A stretch of 64,000 nucleotides of DNA from an uncultured Eubacteriales bacterium (GTDB taxonomy: Bacteria > Bacillota > Clostridia > Oscillospirales > Acutalibacteraceae), in the NCBI GenBank assembly GCA_934667845.1, contig CAKUMQ010000009.1:1369-65368 (forward strand), read 5' to 3'. A program made the position numbers and the translations under genes. Of the stretch, positions 17,017 through 25,706 are shown piece after piece; position 1 is the first letter of the stretch; each line of letters begins with the position of its first letter. A model generated the notes under the pieces. The model worked only from the letters and a program-made list of their open reading frames with translations. It did no database searches and was not told where the DNA came from.

Positions 17017-18645
17017 ATGAAGAAAAAACAGCTGTTGACCGCTCTGCTGGCGGTCGTGATGGCGACGGGCCTGCTGTTTGGCGGATGCCAAAAGGATCCG
17101 GCGGAAAGCTCGGAGGCGGCGGAGTCCACCGCCTCCACCACCGCCGCCGATTCGGCGGATTCCGAAGAGCCGGACAGCACGGATCAGAGTGCGGAGGAGG
17201 ATTCCTCCGCCGAGGATTCCGGTGCTGCGACCACTGCCGAGGAGAGCAAGAATTCCGGCAAAAATACCACCAAGCGAACGTCTGCTTCCACCAAGCAGAC
17301 CGGCGTGGTCGCCGAGGTGGATAAATATGATACGGACGGCCTCAAAACGGTGGATATGAAGGGTTACACCCTGAAGATCGCCTTGACGTCCAAAAGCCTG
17401 ATCAAAAACATGCGCAAAAAGGGCGATAAGGACTATACCGAGCCGAACGAGGCGACCCAACTGCGGTATAATGCGCTTGCCAATGTCGAAAAGCGCTTCA
17501 ACTGCACGATCACACCGGTGTATTATGAGCCGGGCAAGCTGTCGCAGACCTATTCCCAGGCGATCATGGTGTCGGCAACCAACTCGGTGCCGCAGGTGAT
17601 CCTCGGCTCTCTGTGGGAGGCGGGCAACATGATGTCCGCAAAGCTCCTGACCGATTTCGGCCAGCTCAAAAACGTCGATATGTCGAAGCCCTGGTGGAAC
17701 AAGGCCATGGCGGAGGGCAGTAAGATAGGCGGCAAGGTCTATCTCGGTCTGTCGAACATCACCGAGCCGGACGTCCGTTCCTGGTACATCGCTTATAACA
17801 AGAAGATCGCCAAATCGATCGGTCTGACCGATGCCGTCCTGTCGGATATGATCAAGAACAAGACCTGGACGGTCGACAACTTCATCGCCTGGTCGAAAAA
17901 GGCGGTCAAGGACAAAAACGGCGACGGCAAGCTGACCGAAAAGGATCAGTGGGGCTTTGCCGCTCCCGGTACCGACTTTATCTATGCGATGATGGCGTCC
18001 GGCGGCGCTTCGTTCGTGGACGTGGACAAGAGCGGTAAGCGTGTGTACGGTCTGAACAACGATAACGCGATCTCCGTTCTCGAGAAGATCAACAAGATCA
18101 TGTGCACCGAGGGCATCCGCTATCCCGTGACCAACAACAAGGATCAGATGGCGGCGGGCACCGACGGTAAGGTGCTGTTCTGGGGCTATCAGGCGCATTC
18201 CATCCTTTCGAGCATCCGCGAAGAGGGCGATATCGGCATTCTGCCGGTGCCGATCGGCGGCGACCGCAAGGATTATGAGGCGCTGGTCGACCACAACTGC
18301 GCGGCGGCGATGATCCCCTCGACGACGAAGGATCTCGACAAGGTCGGCACGCTCCTCGAGGCGATGTCCTTTGCCTACTGGAAGCTCATCCCCGAGCGGC
18401 TGGAGCTGTATAAGGAGCTGTATCTCGAAGAGGGCGACACGCTCAGCCTGTCTGTCGTGGATGGCGTGTTTGACCGCATGAACTGCTACGCTTGGGAATT
18501 CGACAACACGTCGGCGTTCCTCAAGAGCACCGTTCAGCCGATCCTTGACGCCTGCACCAAGGCGAATGCCGAGATCTCCGGCACCGTGGCGGCGATCAAG
18601 AATCCCTCGCAGGCAACCATCAACAATTTCTACGGGCAGAAGTAA
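17017..18645 (+). CDS. ABC transporter extracellular solute-binding lipoprotein (sugar/oligosaccharide type)
   Basis: 542 aa. The lipobox is LLFGGC, followed by an acidic S/E/D/A/T linker. The body is family-1 SBP-like (KPWWNKAMAEGSKIGGKVYLGLSN, DQWGFAAPG). Confidence 0.85.
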   Translation: MKKKQLLTALLAVVMATGLLFGGCQKDPAESSEAAESTASTTAADSADSEEPDSTDQSAEEDSSAEDSGAATTAEESKNSGKNTTKRTSASTKQTGVVAEVDKYDTDGLKTVDMKGYTLKIALTSKSLIKNMRKKGDKDYTEPNEATQLRYNALANVEKRFNCTITPVYYEPGKLSQTYSQAIMVSATNSVPQVILGSLWEAGNMMSAKLLTDFGQLKNVDMSKPWWNKAMAEGSKIGGKVYLGLSNITEPDVRSWYIAYNKKIAKSIGLTDAVLSDMIKNKTWTVDNFIAWSKKAVKDKNGDGKLTEKDQWGFAAPGTDFIYAMMASGGASFVDVDKSGKRVYGLNNDNAISVLEKINKIMCTEGIRYPVTNNKDQMAAGTDGKVLFWGYQAHSILSSIREEGDIGILPVPIGGDRKDYEALVDHNCAAAMIPSTTKDLDKVGTLLEAMSFAYWKLIPERLELYKELYLEEGDTLSLSVVDGVFDRMNCYAWEFDNTSAFLKSTVQPILDACTKANAEISGTVAAIKNPSQATINNFYGQK

Positions 18646-18653
18646 AGCCTGTG

Positions 18654-18732
18654 GCCTTTGGGGCGGGCGACGGTCGAAAGGCCGCCGCCCGCCCGTTTCA
18701 AAGCCCGCCCCCTTGCGGGGCGGGGCTTTGAA
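18654..18732 (+). terminator. Two consecutive GC-rich stem-loops after the first binding-protein gene
   Basis: Stem 1 is GGGCGGGCG...CGCCCGCCC followed by GTTTC. Stem 2 is CAAAGCCCGCCCC-ttgc-GGGGCGGGGCTTTG. The T-tracts are weak, so termination may be partial. Confidence 0.5.
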
Positions 18733-18863
18733 AACGGCGCGTAGATGCTGCGGGTATAGTTTAAGGTATCCGAATCCGGCGGGGCTGCTGTTTTGCGGAA
18801 TGCCCGGCTCGGATACCTTAGGATATACCCCATACCCCACCCCAGTTCCCTCGGAAAGGAAGG

Positions 18864-21725
18864 ATGGAAGTCGTGAAAAAACAGGTACTCACCTTTCTGA
18901 CAGCGGCGGCCCTGCTTTGCACGCTGCTGCCGGCGGTGCAGCCGACGGCGGCGGAAGGTGCTAAGACGGCGGATCAGACGGCGGCTGCGGCGCAGGATGC
19001 GGCTGCGGCGGAGAATTACGCCGTCTATGCCGCGGAAAACGCCGATAAGCCTGCGGCAGTGCAGACCGTCGCCGTGGAGGCGGAGAGCGCACAGATCGTC
19101 TCCGGCGATGCCGCTGTGCGGCAGGAAAGCGGATGCAGCGGCGGCGCCGCACTGGCGACGGAGGAGGGTTCGGTCATCCGGCTGACGGTGACGGTTCCCG
19201 CCGACGGGCGCTATACGCTGACCCTGCGCGTGTCGACCGAGGCTGCCAAACGGGCGGCGGCGCACCGCGCGCTGACGGTCGACGGCGAAACGCCGTTTCC
19301 CGAACTTTCCGAGCTGACGTTCACCCGCTACTGGTGTGATGTGCTGGAAAACGGGGAGTTTCAGAAGGACAAAAGCGGCAACCAGCTGCGGCCGGATACC
19401 GAGAGCAAAATTGTGTGGCAGGATCAGCGGCTGGATGCCGCGTCCGGCGCGCCCTATGCGCTGTATCTGACGGCGGGCGAACACACCTTTACGCTGACCG
19501 CCACCCGTGAGCGGCTCGTGATCGACACGCTGACGCTGGCGCCCGAGCCGGTAATGCCCGCCTATGCCGAAGTGAAGCAGGGGTGGGACAACGCGGGCTA
19601 CACCTTTGCGGGAACGGAGGCGGATCTGACACTCGAGGCGGAAAAGCCGACAGCCAAATCGGAAAATTCGCTCTATCCCCGTTCCGACCGCTCCTCTGCG
19701 GCGACAAAGCCGCAGTCGGCGGAGGGGCTGACGCTCAACGCGATCGGCGGCTCGAACTGGAAGACCGTCGGACAGTGGATCAGCTGGACGGTCAACGTGA
19801 AAAAGTCCGGACTGTACCATATCGGCGTCCGCTATAAGCAGAATGCGCTGCGCGGCGTGTTTGTCAGCCGTGAGCTGACGATCGACGGGACGCTTCCCTT
19901 TGCCGAGGCGGCGCGACTGCGCTTTTCCTATGGCGGGCGGTGGCAGAGCACGGTCTTGTCCGATGAGGCGGGCGAGCCGTATGCGTTTTATCTGTCCGAG
20001 GGCAGACACACGCTGACCATGCGGGTGGTGCTCGGCGACACCTATGAGCTGACCGAGCAGGTCAGCGAGATCCTGACCGCCTTAAACCGCGATTACCGCG
20101 GCATCCTGTCCGTGACGGGCAGCAGCCCCGATGTCAACCGCGACTATAACTTCCCCGATGTGATCCCCGATGTGCTGGCGAATCTTGCCAAGCAGCAGAA
20201 GGCGCTCGCCAAAGCCGCCGAAACGCTGCATGCGATCACCGGTCAGTCGGGACAGATGCTCTCCACCCTTCAGACAATGGAGCAGCAGCTGGAGCGGATG
20301 ACGGCACGTCCCTATCGGATCGCACGGGAGTTTAAGACCTTCAAGAGCAACATCAGCTCGCTCGGCGACTGGGTGAAGAATATGACCGACCAGCCGCTGC
20401 TTTTGGATACGATCACGCTGCAGAGCGAGGAGAGCAAGCCGCTGCGCGCCGAGGCGAGCTTCTGGGAGAGCCTGTCCTTCAACACGGCGCTGTTTGTCAA
20501 CTCCTTCACGCAGGATTACCGCATCGCCGATACGGCGGACGAGGATCCGCTGGAGGTGTGGGTGCCGACCGGCCGCGATCAGTACCAGATCGTGCGGACG
20601 CTGGCGGAGAATGATTTCACCGTCAAGACCGGCAAGGCGGTCAACGTGCGCCTGGTGGCGCCGACCGCGCTGCTGCCGTCGACACTGGCGGGACGCGGAC
20701 CCGACGTCGCGCTCTCCAATGCGCAGCATGTGCCGGTGGACTATGCACTGCGCGGCGCCGTGCTGCCGCTCAACGGCTTTGCGGACGCCGGGGAGATCTA
20801 CGGGCGCTTTTCCGCCGGTGCGCTGACGCCGCTCACCTATGAGGGCAAGGTCTACGGCCTGCCGGAAAATCAGACGTGGCCGATGATGTTTGTCCGCCGC
20901 GACGTGTTCGACGAGCTGGGCGTGTCGGTCCCCGAAACCTGGGATGAGCTGCTGACGCTGCTGCCGACGCTCGGCCGCCGCAACCTCGAATTCGGTATGC
21001 TCGTCGGCTACGCGGGCTATCTCCAGATGCTCTATCAAAACGGCGGTACGCTCTACACCGCAGACGGCTATCACACCGCGCTCGGCACCAACGAGGGGGT
21101 CGGCGCGTTCAAAAAGCTGTGCGATCTGTTTACGCAGTATAAGCTGCCGATCACCTACGATGCCGCCAACCGCTTTCGCTCCGGCGAAATGCCGCTGCTT
21201 GTCGCGGATTATGCGTTTTACAACCAGCTGACCGTGTTTGCTCCCGAGATCAGCGGACAGTGGGAGATGACGTCGGTGCCCGGCACCGTGAAGACAGACG
21301 GCAGCGTTGACCGCACCGTCGTCGCGACCTCCACTGCCTGCATCATTATGGCGCAGACGGATAAGCCGAACGACGCATGGGCGTTTTTGAAGTGGTGGAC
21401 GTCGACCGAGGCGCAGGTCAGCTTCGGCACCGATATGGAGGCGGTCTTGGGCCCCTCCGCGAAGCAGCCGACCGCGAATGTTGAGGCGGCGTCCCTGCTG
21501 CCGTGGTCCACGGCGGAATATGCGGCGCTGCGTAAGCAGCAGGAGACGGCAGTGGGCATCCCGACCGTCCCGGGCTATTATCAGGCGGAGCGTCTGATCG
21601 GCTTTGCGTTCAACGACGTCTACAACAACAATTCCAACCCGCGCAACGAGCTGCTCGACTGCCTGCACAGCATCGACACCGAGCTGCTCCGCAAATACGA
21701 CGAATTCCATTCGTCCAAGCCGTGA
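18864..21725 (+). CDS. Large extracellular solute-binding protein with two N-terminal CBM6/35-like modules and a helical linker
   Basis: 953 aa. The signal peptide is (M)KKQVLTFLTAAALLCTLLPAV. Two roughly 150-aa modules have the pattern A.EAE...(RYTLTLRV / LYHIGVRY)...TIDG..PF. A coiled region follows (aa 400-470). The C-terminal half is SBP-like (YEGKVYGLPENQTWPMMFVRRDVF, WAFLKWWTS). An alternative start is GTG 18873, which has better RBS spacing. Confidence 0.85.
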   Translation: MEVVKKQVLTFLTAAALLCTLLPAVQPTAAEGAKTADQTAAAAQDAAAAENYAVYAAENADKPAAVQTVAVEAESAQIVSGDAAVRQESGCSGGAALATEEGSVIRLTVTVPADGRYTLTLRVSTEAAKRAAAHRALTVDGETPFPELSELTFTRYWCDVLENGEFQKDKSGNQLRPDTESKIVWQDQRLDAASGAPYALYLTAGEHTFTLTATRERLVIDTLTLAPEPVMPAYAEVKQGWDNAGYTFAGTEADLTLEAEKPTAKSENSLYPRSDRSSAATKPQSAEGLTLNAIGGSNWKTVGQWISWTVNVKKSGLYHIGVRYKQNALRGVFVSRELTIDGTLPFAEAARLRFSYGGRWQSTVLSDEAGEPYAFYLSEGRHTLTMRVVLGDTYELTEQVSEILTALNRDYRGILSVTGSSPDVNRDYNFPDVIPDVLANLAKQQKALAKAAETLHAITGQSGQMLSTLQTMEQQLERMTARPYRIAREFKTFKSNISSLGDWVKNMTDQPLLLDTITLQSEESKPLRAEASFWESLSFNTALFVNSFTQDYRIADTADEDPLEVWVPTGRDQYQIVRTLAENDFTVKTGKAVNVRLVAPTALLPSTLAGRGPDVALSNAQHVPVDYALRGAVLPLNGFADAGEIYGRFSAGALTPLTYEGKVYGLPENQTWPMMFVRRDVFDELGVSVPETWDELLTLLPTLGRRNLEFGMLVGYAGYLQMLYQNGGTLYTADGYHTALGTNEGVGAFKKLCDLFTQYKLPITYDAANRFRSGEMPLLVADYAFYNQLTVFAPEISGQWEMTSVPGTVKTDGSVDRTVVATSTACIIMAQTDKPNDAWAFLKWWTSTEAQVSFGTDMEAVLGPSAKQPTANVEAASLLPWSTAEYAALRKQQETAVGIPTVPGYYQAERLIGFAFNDVYNNNSNPRNELLDCLHSIDTELLRKYDEFHSSKP

Positions 21726-21739
21726 AAGGAGGGCGTATC

Positions 21740-22645
21740 ATGAAAAGATCCAAACTCGCGCGCAGTCGCGCTGCCGCGGAAAATGCCAAAAGCTACGCCC
21801 TGATCGCGCCGTATATGCTGATCTTCTTCACGTTCAGCGTGCTGCCGGTGCTGATCGCCATCTTTTTCAGCTTCACCCGCTTCAATATGCTGCAGGCGCC
21901 GCAGTTCATCGGCTTTGCCAACTATGTGCGGATGTTCGGCTCGGACGATGTGTTCTATACCGCGCTGAAAAACACGCTGTTCATGGCGGTCATCGTCGGC
22001 CCGGGCGGCTATCTGCTCAGCCTGTTCTTCGCCTGGATGATCAACGAGCTGTCCGACCGGCTGCGCCCGTTTGTGACGTTTCTGTTCTATGCGCCCTCCA
22101 TCTCCGGCAACGTCTATCTGATGTGGACGGTGCTGTTCAGCGGCGATATGTACGGCTATATCAACGGTATGCTGCTGAATCTCGGCGCGATCAGCGAGCC
22201 GATCCAGTTTTTGAAGAACACCAAATATATGATGACGATCGTGCTGATCGTCTCCCTGTGGGCAAGCCTCGGCACGAGCTTTCTGACCTTTGTCGCCGGC
22301 TTTAAGGGCATCGACCGCCAGTATTACGAGGCGGGCATGATCGACGGCATCTCCAACCGCTGGCAGGAGCTGTGGCATATCACGCTGCCGATCATGCGGC
22401 CGCAGATGCTGTTCTCCGCCGTTATGTCCATTTCCGGCGCGTTCGGCGTCGGCGCGATTTCGACGGCGCTGTGCGGCTTCCCCTCCAATAAATATGCGGT
22501 ACATACACTGATGAACCATCTGACCGACTACGGCGGACTGCGGTATGAGATGGGCTACGCCTGCGCGCTGGCGACGCTGCTGTTTGTGATGATGGCAGGG
22601 TTTAACATGCTGGTGCAGCGGCTGATTTCGAAGGTAGGTGAATGA
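21740..22645 (+). CDS. Carbohydrate ABC transporter permease (MalF/UgpA-like)
   Basis: About 300 aa with six TM segments. The EAA-loop region is YYEAGMIDGISNRWQELWHITLP. I prefer ATG 21740 (AAGGAGGG RBS) to the ORF-track GTG 21722. Confidence 0.85.
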   Translation: MKRSKLARSRAAAENAKSYALIAPYMLIFFTFSVLPVLIAIFFSFTRFNMLQAPQFIGFANYVRMFGSDDVFYTALKNTLFMAVIVGPGGYLLSLFFAWMINELSDRLRPFVTFLFYAPSISGNVYLMWTVLFSGDMYGYINGMLLNLGAISEPIQFLKNTKYMMTIVLIVSLWASLGTSFLTFVAGFKGIDRQYYEAGMIDGISNRWQELWHITLPIMRPQMLFSAVMSISGAFGVGAISTALCGFPSNKYAVHTLMNHLTDYGGLRYEMGYACALATLLFVMMAGFNMLVQRLISKVGE

Positions 22646-23532
22646 GTATGACAGGATCTGCGGTCAAATCGCGCCGCCATCATCGGTATGCGCTGAAAAA
22701 CCGGTCGCTTGTGGGCAGCATACTGAATCTGCTGTTTTTGCTGTTCATGGCGATATTCATGGTGCTGCCGCTCGTGTACACCATCTGCACCTCCATCAAG
22801 CCGCTCAATGAGCTGTGGATCTATCCGCCGCGCTTTTTGGTGACTAACCCGACATTCGACAATTTCCGCGATCTGATGACGCTGATGAACGACGCGACCG
22901 TGCCGCTGTCGCGCTATCTGTTCAACACCGCATTTATTGCGGTGATCGGCACGGCGGGCAACGTCATTTTCTCCTCTATCTGTGCCTATGCGTTTTCCAT
23001 GCGGCAATTTCCCGGGAAAAAGGTGATCTTCAGGATCGTCGTGCTGACGCTGATGTTCAACACCGCCGTCACCCAGATCCCGACGTTTCTGATCATCTCC
23101 TCGCTCGGCTGGCTGGATACCTACCTTGCCTATATCATCCCGGCGTTTGCGACCCCGATGGGACTGTACCTGATGCGCCAGTTTATGGATCAGATGGTGC
23201 CGTATTCCATTATCGAGGCGGCAAAGCTGGACGGCGCGGGCGAGCTGACCATCGTGTTCCGCCTCGTGATGCCGATCGTGCGCTCCGCGTGGATCACGCT
23301 GATCATCTTCTCGTTCCAGGCGCTCTGGGCGGTGGGTGAAAACACCTATATCTACGCCGAGAGCATGAAGACCTTCAACTATGCCCTCCAGCAGATCCTG
23401 GCAGGCGGCGTGGCGCGTGCCGGCATCGGCGCGGCGGCCGCCGTCGTGATGATGGCTGTGCCCGCCGTGGTGTTCATCGTGTCCCAGAGCAACGTTCTGG
23501 AGACGATGGCGACCTCCGGCATGAAAGACTGA
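22642..23532 (+). CDS. Carbohydrate ABC transporter permease (MalG/UgpE-like)
   Basis: 296 aa. The EAA loop is IIEAAKLDGAGELTIVFRLVMPIV. An ATGA overlap joins it to the upstream permease. Confidence 0.9.
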   Translation: MSMTGSAVKSRRHHRYALKNRSLVGSILNLLFLLFMAIFMVLPLVYTICTSIKPLNELWIYPPRFLVTNPTFDNFRDLMTLMNDATVPLSRYLFNTAFIAVIGTAGNVIFSSICAYAFSMRQFPGKKVIFRIVVLTLMFNTAVTQIPTFLIISSLGWLDTYLAYIIPAFATPMGLYLMRQFMDQMVPYSIIEAAKLDGAGELTIVFRLVMPIVRSAWITLIIFSFQALWAVGENTYIYAESMKTFNYALQQILAGGVARAGIGAAAAVVMMAVPAVVFIVSQSNVLETMATSGMKD

Positions 23533-25688
23533 TGAGACAGCGGAAAGGCGGGAACGGAACCATGAGAACACTATTCCGACGGGCAGCGGCGCTTTTGGCC
23601 GGACTGCTCCTTGCCGCGGCGCTGCCGGTGTCGGCGTATGACGGCTATATCTATTCCAGCGAGGGCAAATGGCAGAAATCGGTGCCGCTGTATCAGCCGA
23701 CACGGCGCATCGAGCTGTCGGCGGAGCTGAAAACGCCGATGACCGAGGCGGTGGACATGTGCTACGGCCCGGACAACGCCCTTTATGTGGCGGATCACGG
23801 CACGAACCGCGTGCTCGTGTTTGACGACAGCTTCCGCTTTACGCGGGAGATCACGGGCTTCACCGCGGCGGACGGCAGTGCGGACAGCTTCAGCGGTCCG
23901 TCCGGCGTATTTGTCGACAGTGAGAACCGCCTGTATGTGGCGGATACCGAAAACAACCGTGTGGTGGTGCTGTCGCCCGAGGGGAAACTGGTGCGCATTG
24001 TCGGGGCGCCCACCGGCACGGGTATTCCTGCGGAATTTCTGTATAAGCCCGTTTCGGTGACGGCGGACGCCGCGGGCCGCATCTATGCGGTGTCGCAGTC
24101 CTCCAATATGGGCGTTTTGAGCTTTGACCCGAACGGCGAATTTGAAAACTTCATCGGCGTGCAGAAGGTGACCTACTCGACGTCGGAGCTTTTCTGGCGG
24201 TCGCTGATGACCGAGGCGCAGCGCGAGCGCAGTGTGCAGAACATCCCGGTGGATTTCAACGATATCGAGATGGACAGCGAGGGCTTCCTGTTCGTGACCT
24301 CGGCGGCGATCGACAAATCCAAGCAGTATTCGGCGCTGGTCGGCAGAAGCACCACGAGCGACTATGCGCCGGTGAAGCGGCTCAACACTTCGGGCGACGA
24401 TATTTTAAAGCGCAACGGCTTTTTCCCGCCGGCGGGCGATCTGGATATCGACACCACCAAAAAGATCGACCGCGCCGTGTCGGCGTTTGCCGGTGTGACG
24501 GTAAACGATCTGGGACTGTATACCGTGCTCGACAGCACGGCGCAGCGGCTGTTCACCTATGACGGGAACGGCAGCCTGCTCGGCGTCTGCGGCGGGATCG
24601 GCACCTCGATCGGTCAGTTCATGTCTGCGACCGCCGTCGCCTACAAGGGACATTCCCTGACGGTGCTCGACGATACCGCGGGTGTGCTGACCGTGATGGC
24701 GCTGTCGGATATCGGCAAAAAGATCGAAGAGGCGATCGCGCTGCAAAATGATCTGCTGTTTGACGAGGCGCTGAAAAAGTGGGAGGAGATCCTGCCGCTC
24801 GACCGCAATCTCGACAGCATCTACATGGATATGGGCGACGCCTATCTGCGCGAGGGCAGCTATGATCTCGCTATGCAATTTTTTGAGACGATCGGCGACA
24901 AGGAATCCTATTCCGACGCATTTTCCCGCAAGCGGGCGGACTATGCCGGCTGGGTGGTGCTCGGACTGCTGGTCGGCGTGTCGGCGTTTTGCGTGCTGCT
25001 CTCCTTTGTGCTGAAAAAGCTCGCGGCGGTCAACCGGGCGGACGATCTGAACCCGCCCGAGAGGATCGGGGTCAAAAAGCAGCTGTGCTATGCGGTGTAT
25101 CCGCTGTTCCACCCGATCGACGGCTTCTATTGCATCAAGCGGCAGAAACGGGGCAATACGGCGGGCGCGCTGATCATCATGGCGGCGGCTGCGCTGTCCT
25201 ATCTCATCAACCGCTATCTGTCCGGGTACATCTTCTCGGCGGATATGATGGCGGACACCAACTACCTCAGGGATGCCGTCCAGTTTCTGATGCCGTTTCT
25301 GCTGTTCATCGTGGCAAACTACTGCATCACGAGCCTGTTTGACGGCGAGGGCAGCTTCCACGACATCTTCGTGACGGTCGGCTACGCCATGCTGCCGCTG
25401 CCGCTGCTGCTTCTGCCGACGACCGTGATGTGCAATGTGCTGTCCGCAGAGGAGAGCATGATCGTCAGCCTGCTGACGACAGTGGCCTACGGCTGGACGA
25501 TCGGGCTGATCTTCCTCGGCATGACCTCGATCCACCACTACGGTCCCGGGCGCAATCTCGCGGCCATGCTGATGTCCGGGCTCGGGATGCTGGTGATCAC
25601 CTTCCTGCTGTTGCTGTTTGCCTCACTGACCCAGAAGCTCGGCATGTTTATTCACAACGTGATCGTCGAGCTGTCTTACCGCTTATAA
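23532..25688 (+). CDS. Membrane protein: signal peptide, NHL-repeat beta-propeller, TPR-like segment, C-terminal Yip1-type 5-TM domain
   Basis: 718 aa. NHL-like blades include NALYVADHGTNRVLVFD, NRLYVADTENNRVVVLSPEGK and GRIYAVSQSSN. The TPR-like stretch is MDMGDAYLREGSYDLAMQFFE. A TM segment comes next, then a Yip1-like polytopic region (YPLFHPIDGFYCIKRQKRGN...). It overlaps the upstream stop by 1 nt. An alternative start is ATG 23562. Confidence 0.8.
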   Translation: MRQRKGGNGTMRTLFRRAAALLAGLLLAAALPVSAYDGYIYSSEGKWQKSVPLYQPTRRIELSAELKTPMTEAVDMCYGPDNALYVADHGTNRVLVFDDSFRFTREITGFTAADGSADSFSGPSGVFVDSENRLYVADTENNRVVVLSPEGKLVRIVGAPTGTGIPAEFLYKPVSVTADAAGRIYAVSQSSNMGVLSFDPNGEFENFIGVQKVTYSTSELFWRSLMTEAQRERSVQNIPVDFNDIEMDSEGFLFVTSAAIDKSKQYSALVGRSTTSDYAPVKRLNTSGDDILKRNGFFPPAGDLDIDTTKKIDRAVSAFAGVTVNDLGLYTVLDSTAQRLFTYDGNGSLLGVCGGIGTSIGQFMSATAVAYKGHSLTVLDDTAGVLTVMALSDIGKKIEEAIALQNDLLFDEALKKWEEILPLDRNLDSIYMDMGDAYLREGSYDLAMQFFETIGDKESYSDAFSRKRADYAGWVVLGLLVGVSAFCVLLSFVLKKLAAVNRADDLNPPERIGVKKQLCYAVYPLFHPIDGFYCIKRQKRGNTAGALIIMAAAALSYLINRYLSGYIFSADMMADTNYLRDAVQFLMPFLLFIVANYCITSLFDGEGSFHDIFVTVGYAMLPLPLLLLPTTVMCNVLSAEESMIVSLLTTVAYGWTIGLIFLGMTSIHHYGPGRNLAAMLMSGLGMLVITFLLLLFASLTQKLGMFIHNVIVELSYRL

Positions 25689-25706
25689 AAAGGAGGGCTG
25701 ATCCGT

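Noticed and set aside
13558-18840. A 1760-aa ORF on the minus strand, spanning the giant surface-protein gene, the first binding-protein gene and the intergenic region.
   Set aside because: It is antisense to two genes with clear signal peptides, domains and RBSs. Its product is Arg/Gly/His/Leu-rich low complexity with no motif. Such open antisense frames are expected from GC3-rich codon usage. It has no RBS or promoter.
21722-21739. The upstream GTG start of the first permease, overlapping the binding-protein stop; similar long N-terminal extensions exist in ORF-track entries 11707, 33399, 39243, 47243, 52419, 57482, 59647 and 61326.
   Set aside because: In each case a downstream ATG or GTG sits 5-11 nt after a GGAGG-like RBS and begins a sensible N-terminus (a signal peptide or conserved first motif). 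The extension has no RBS.
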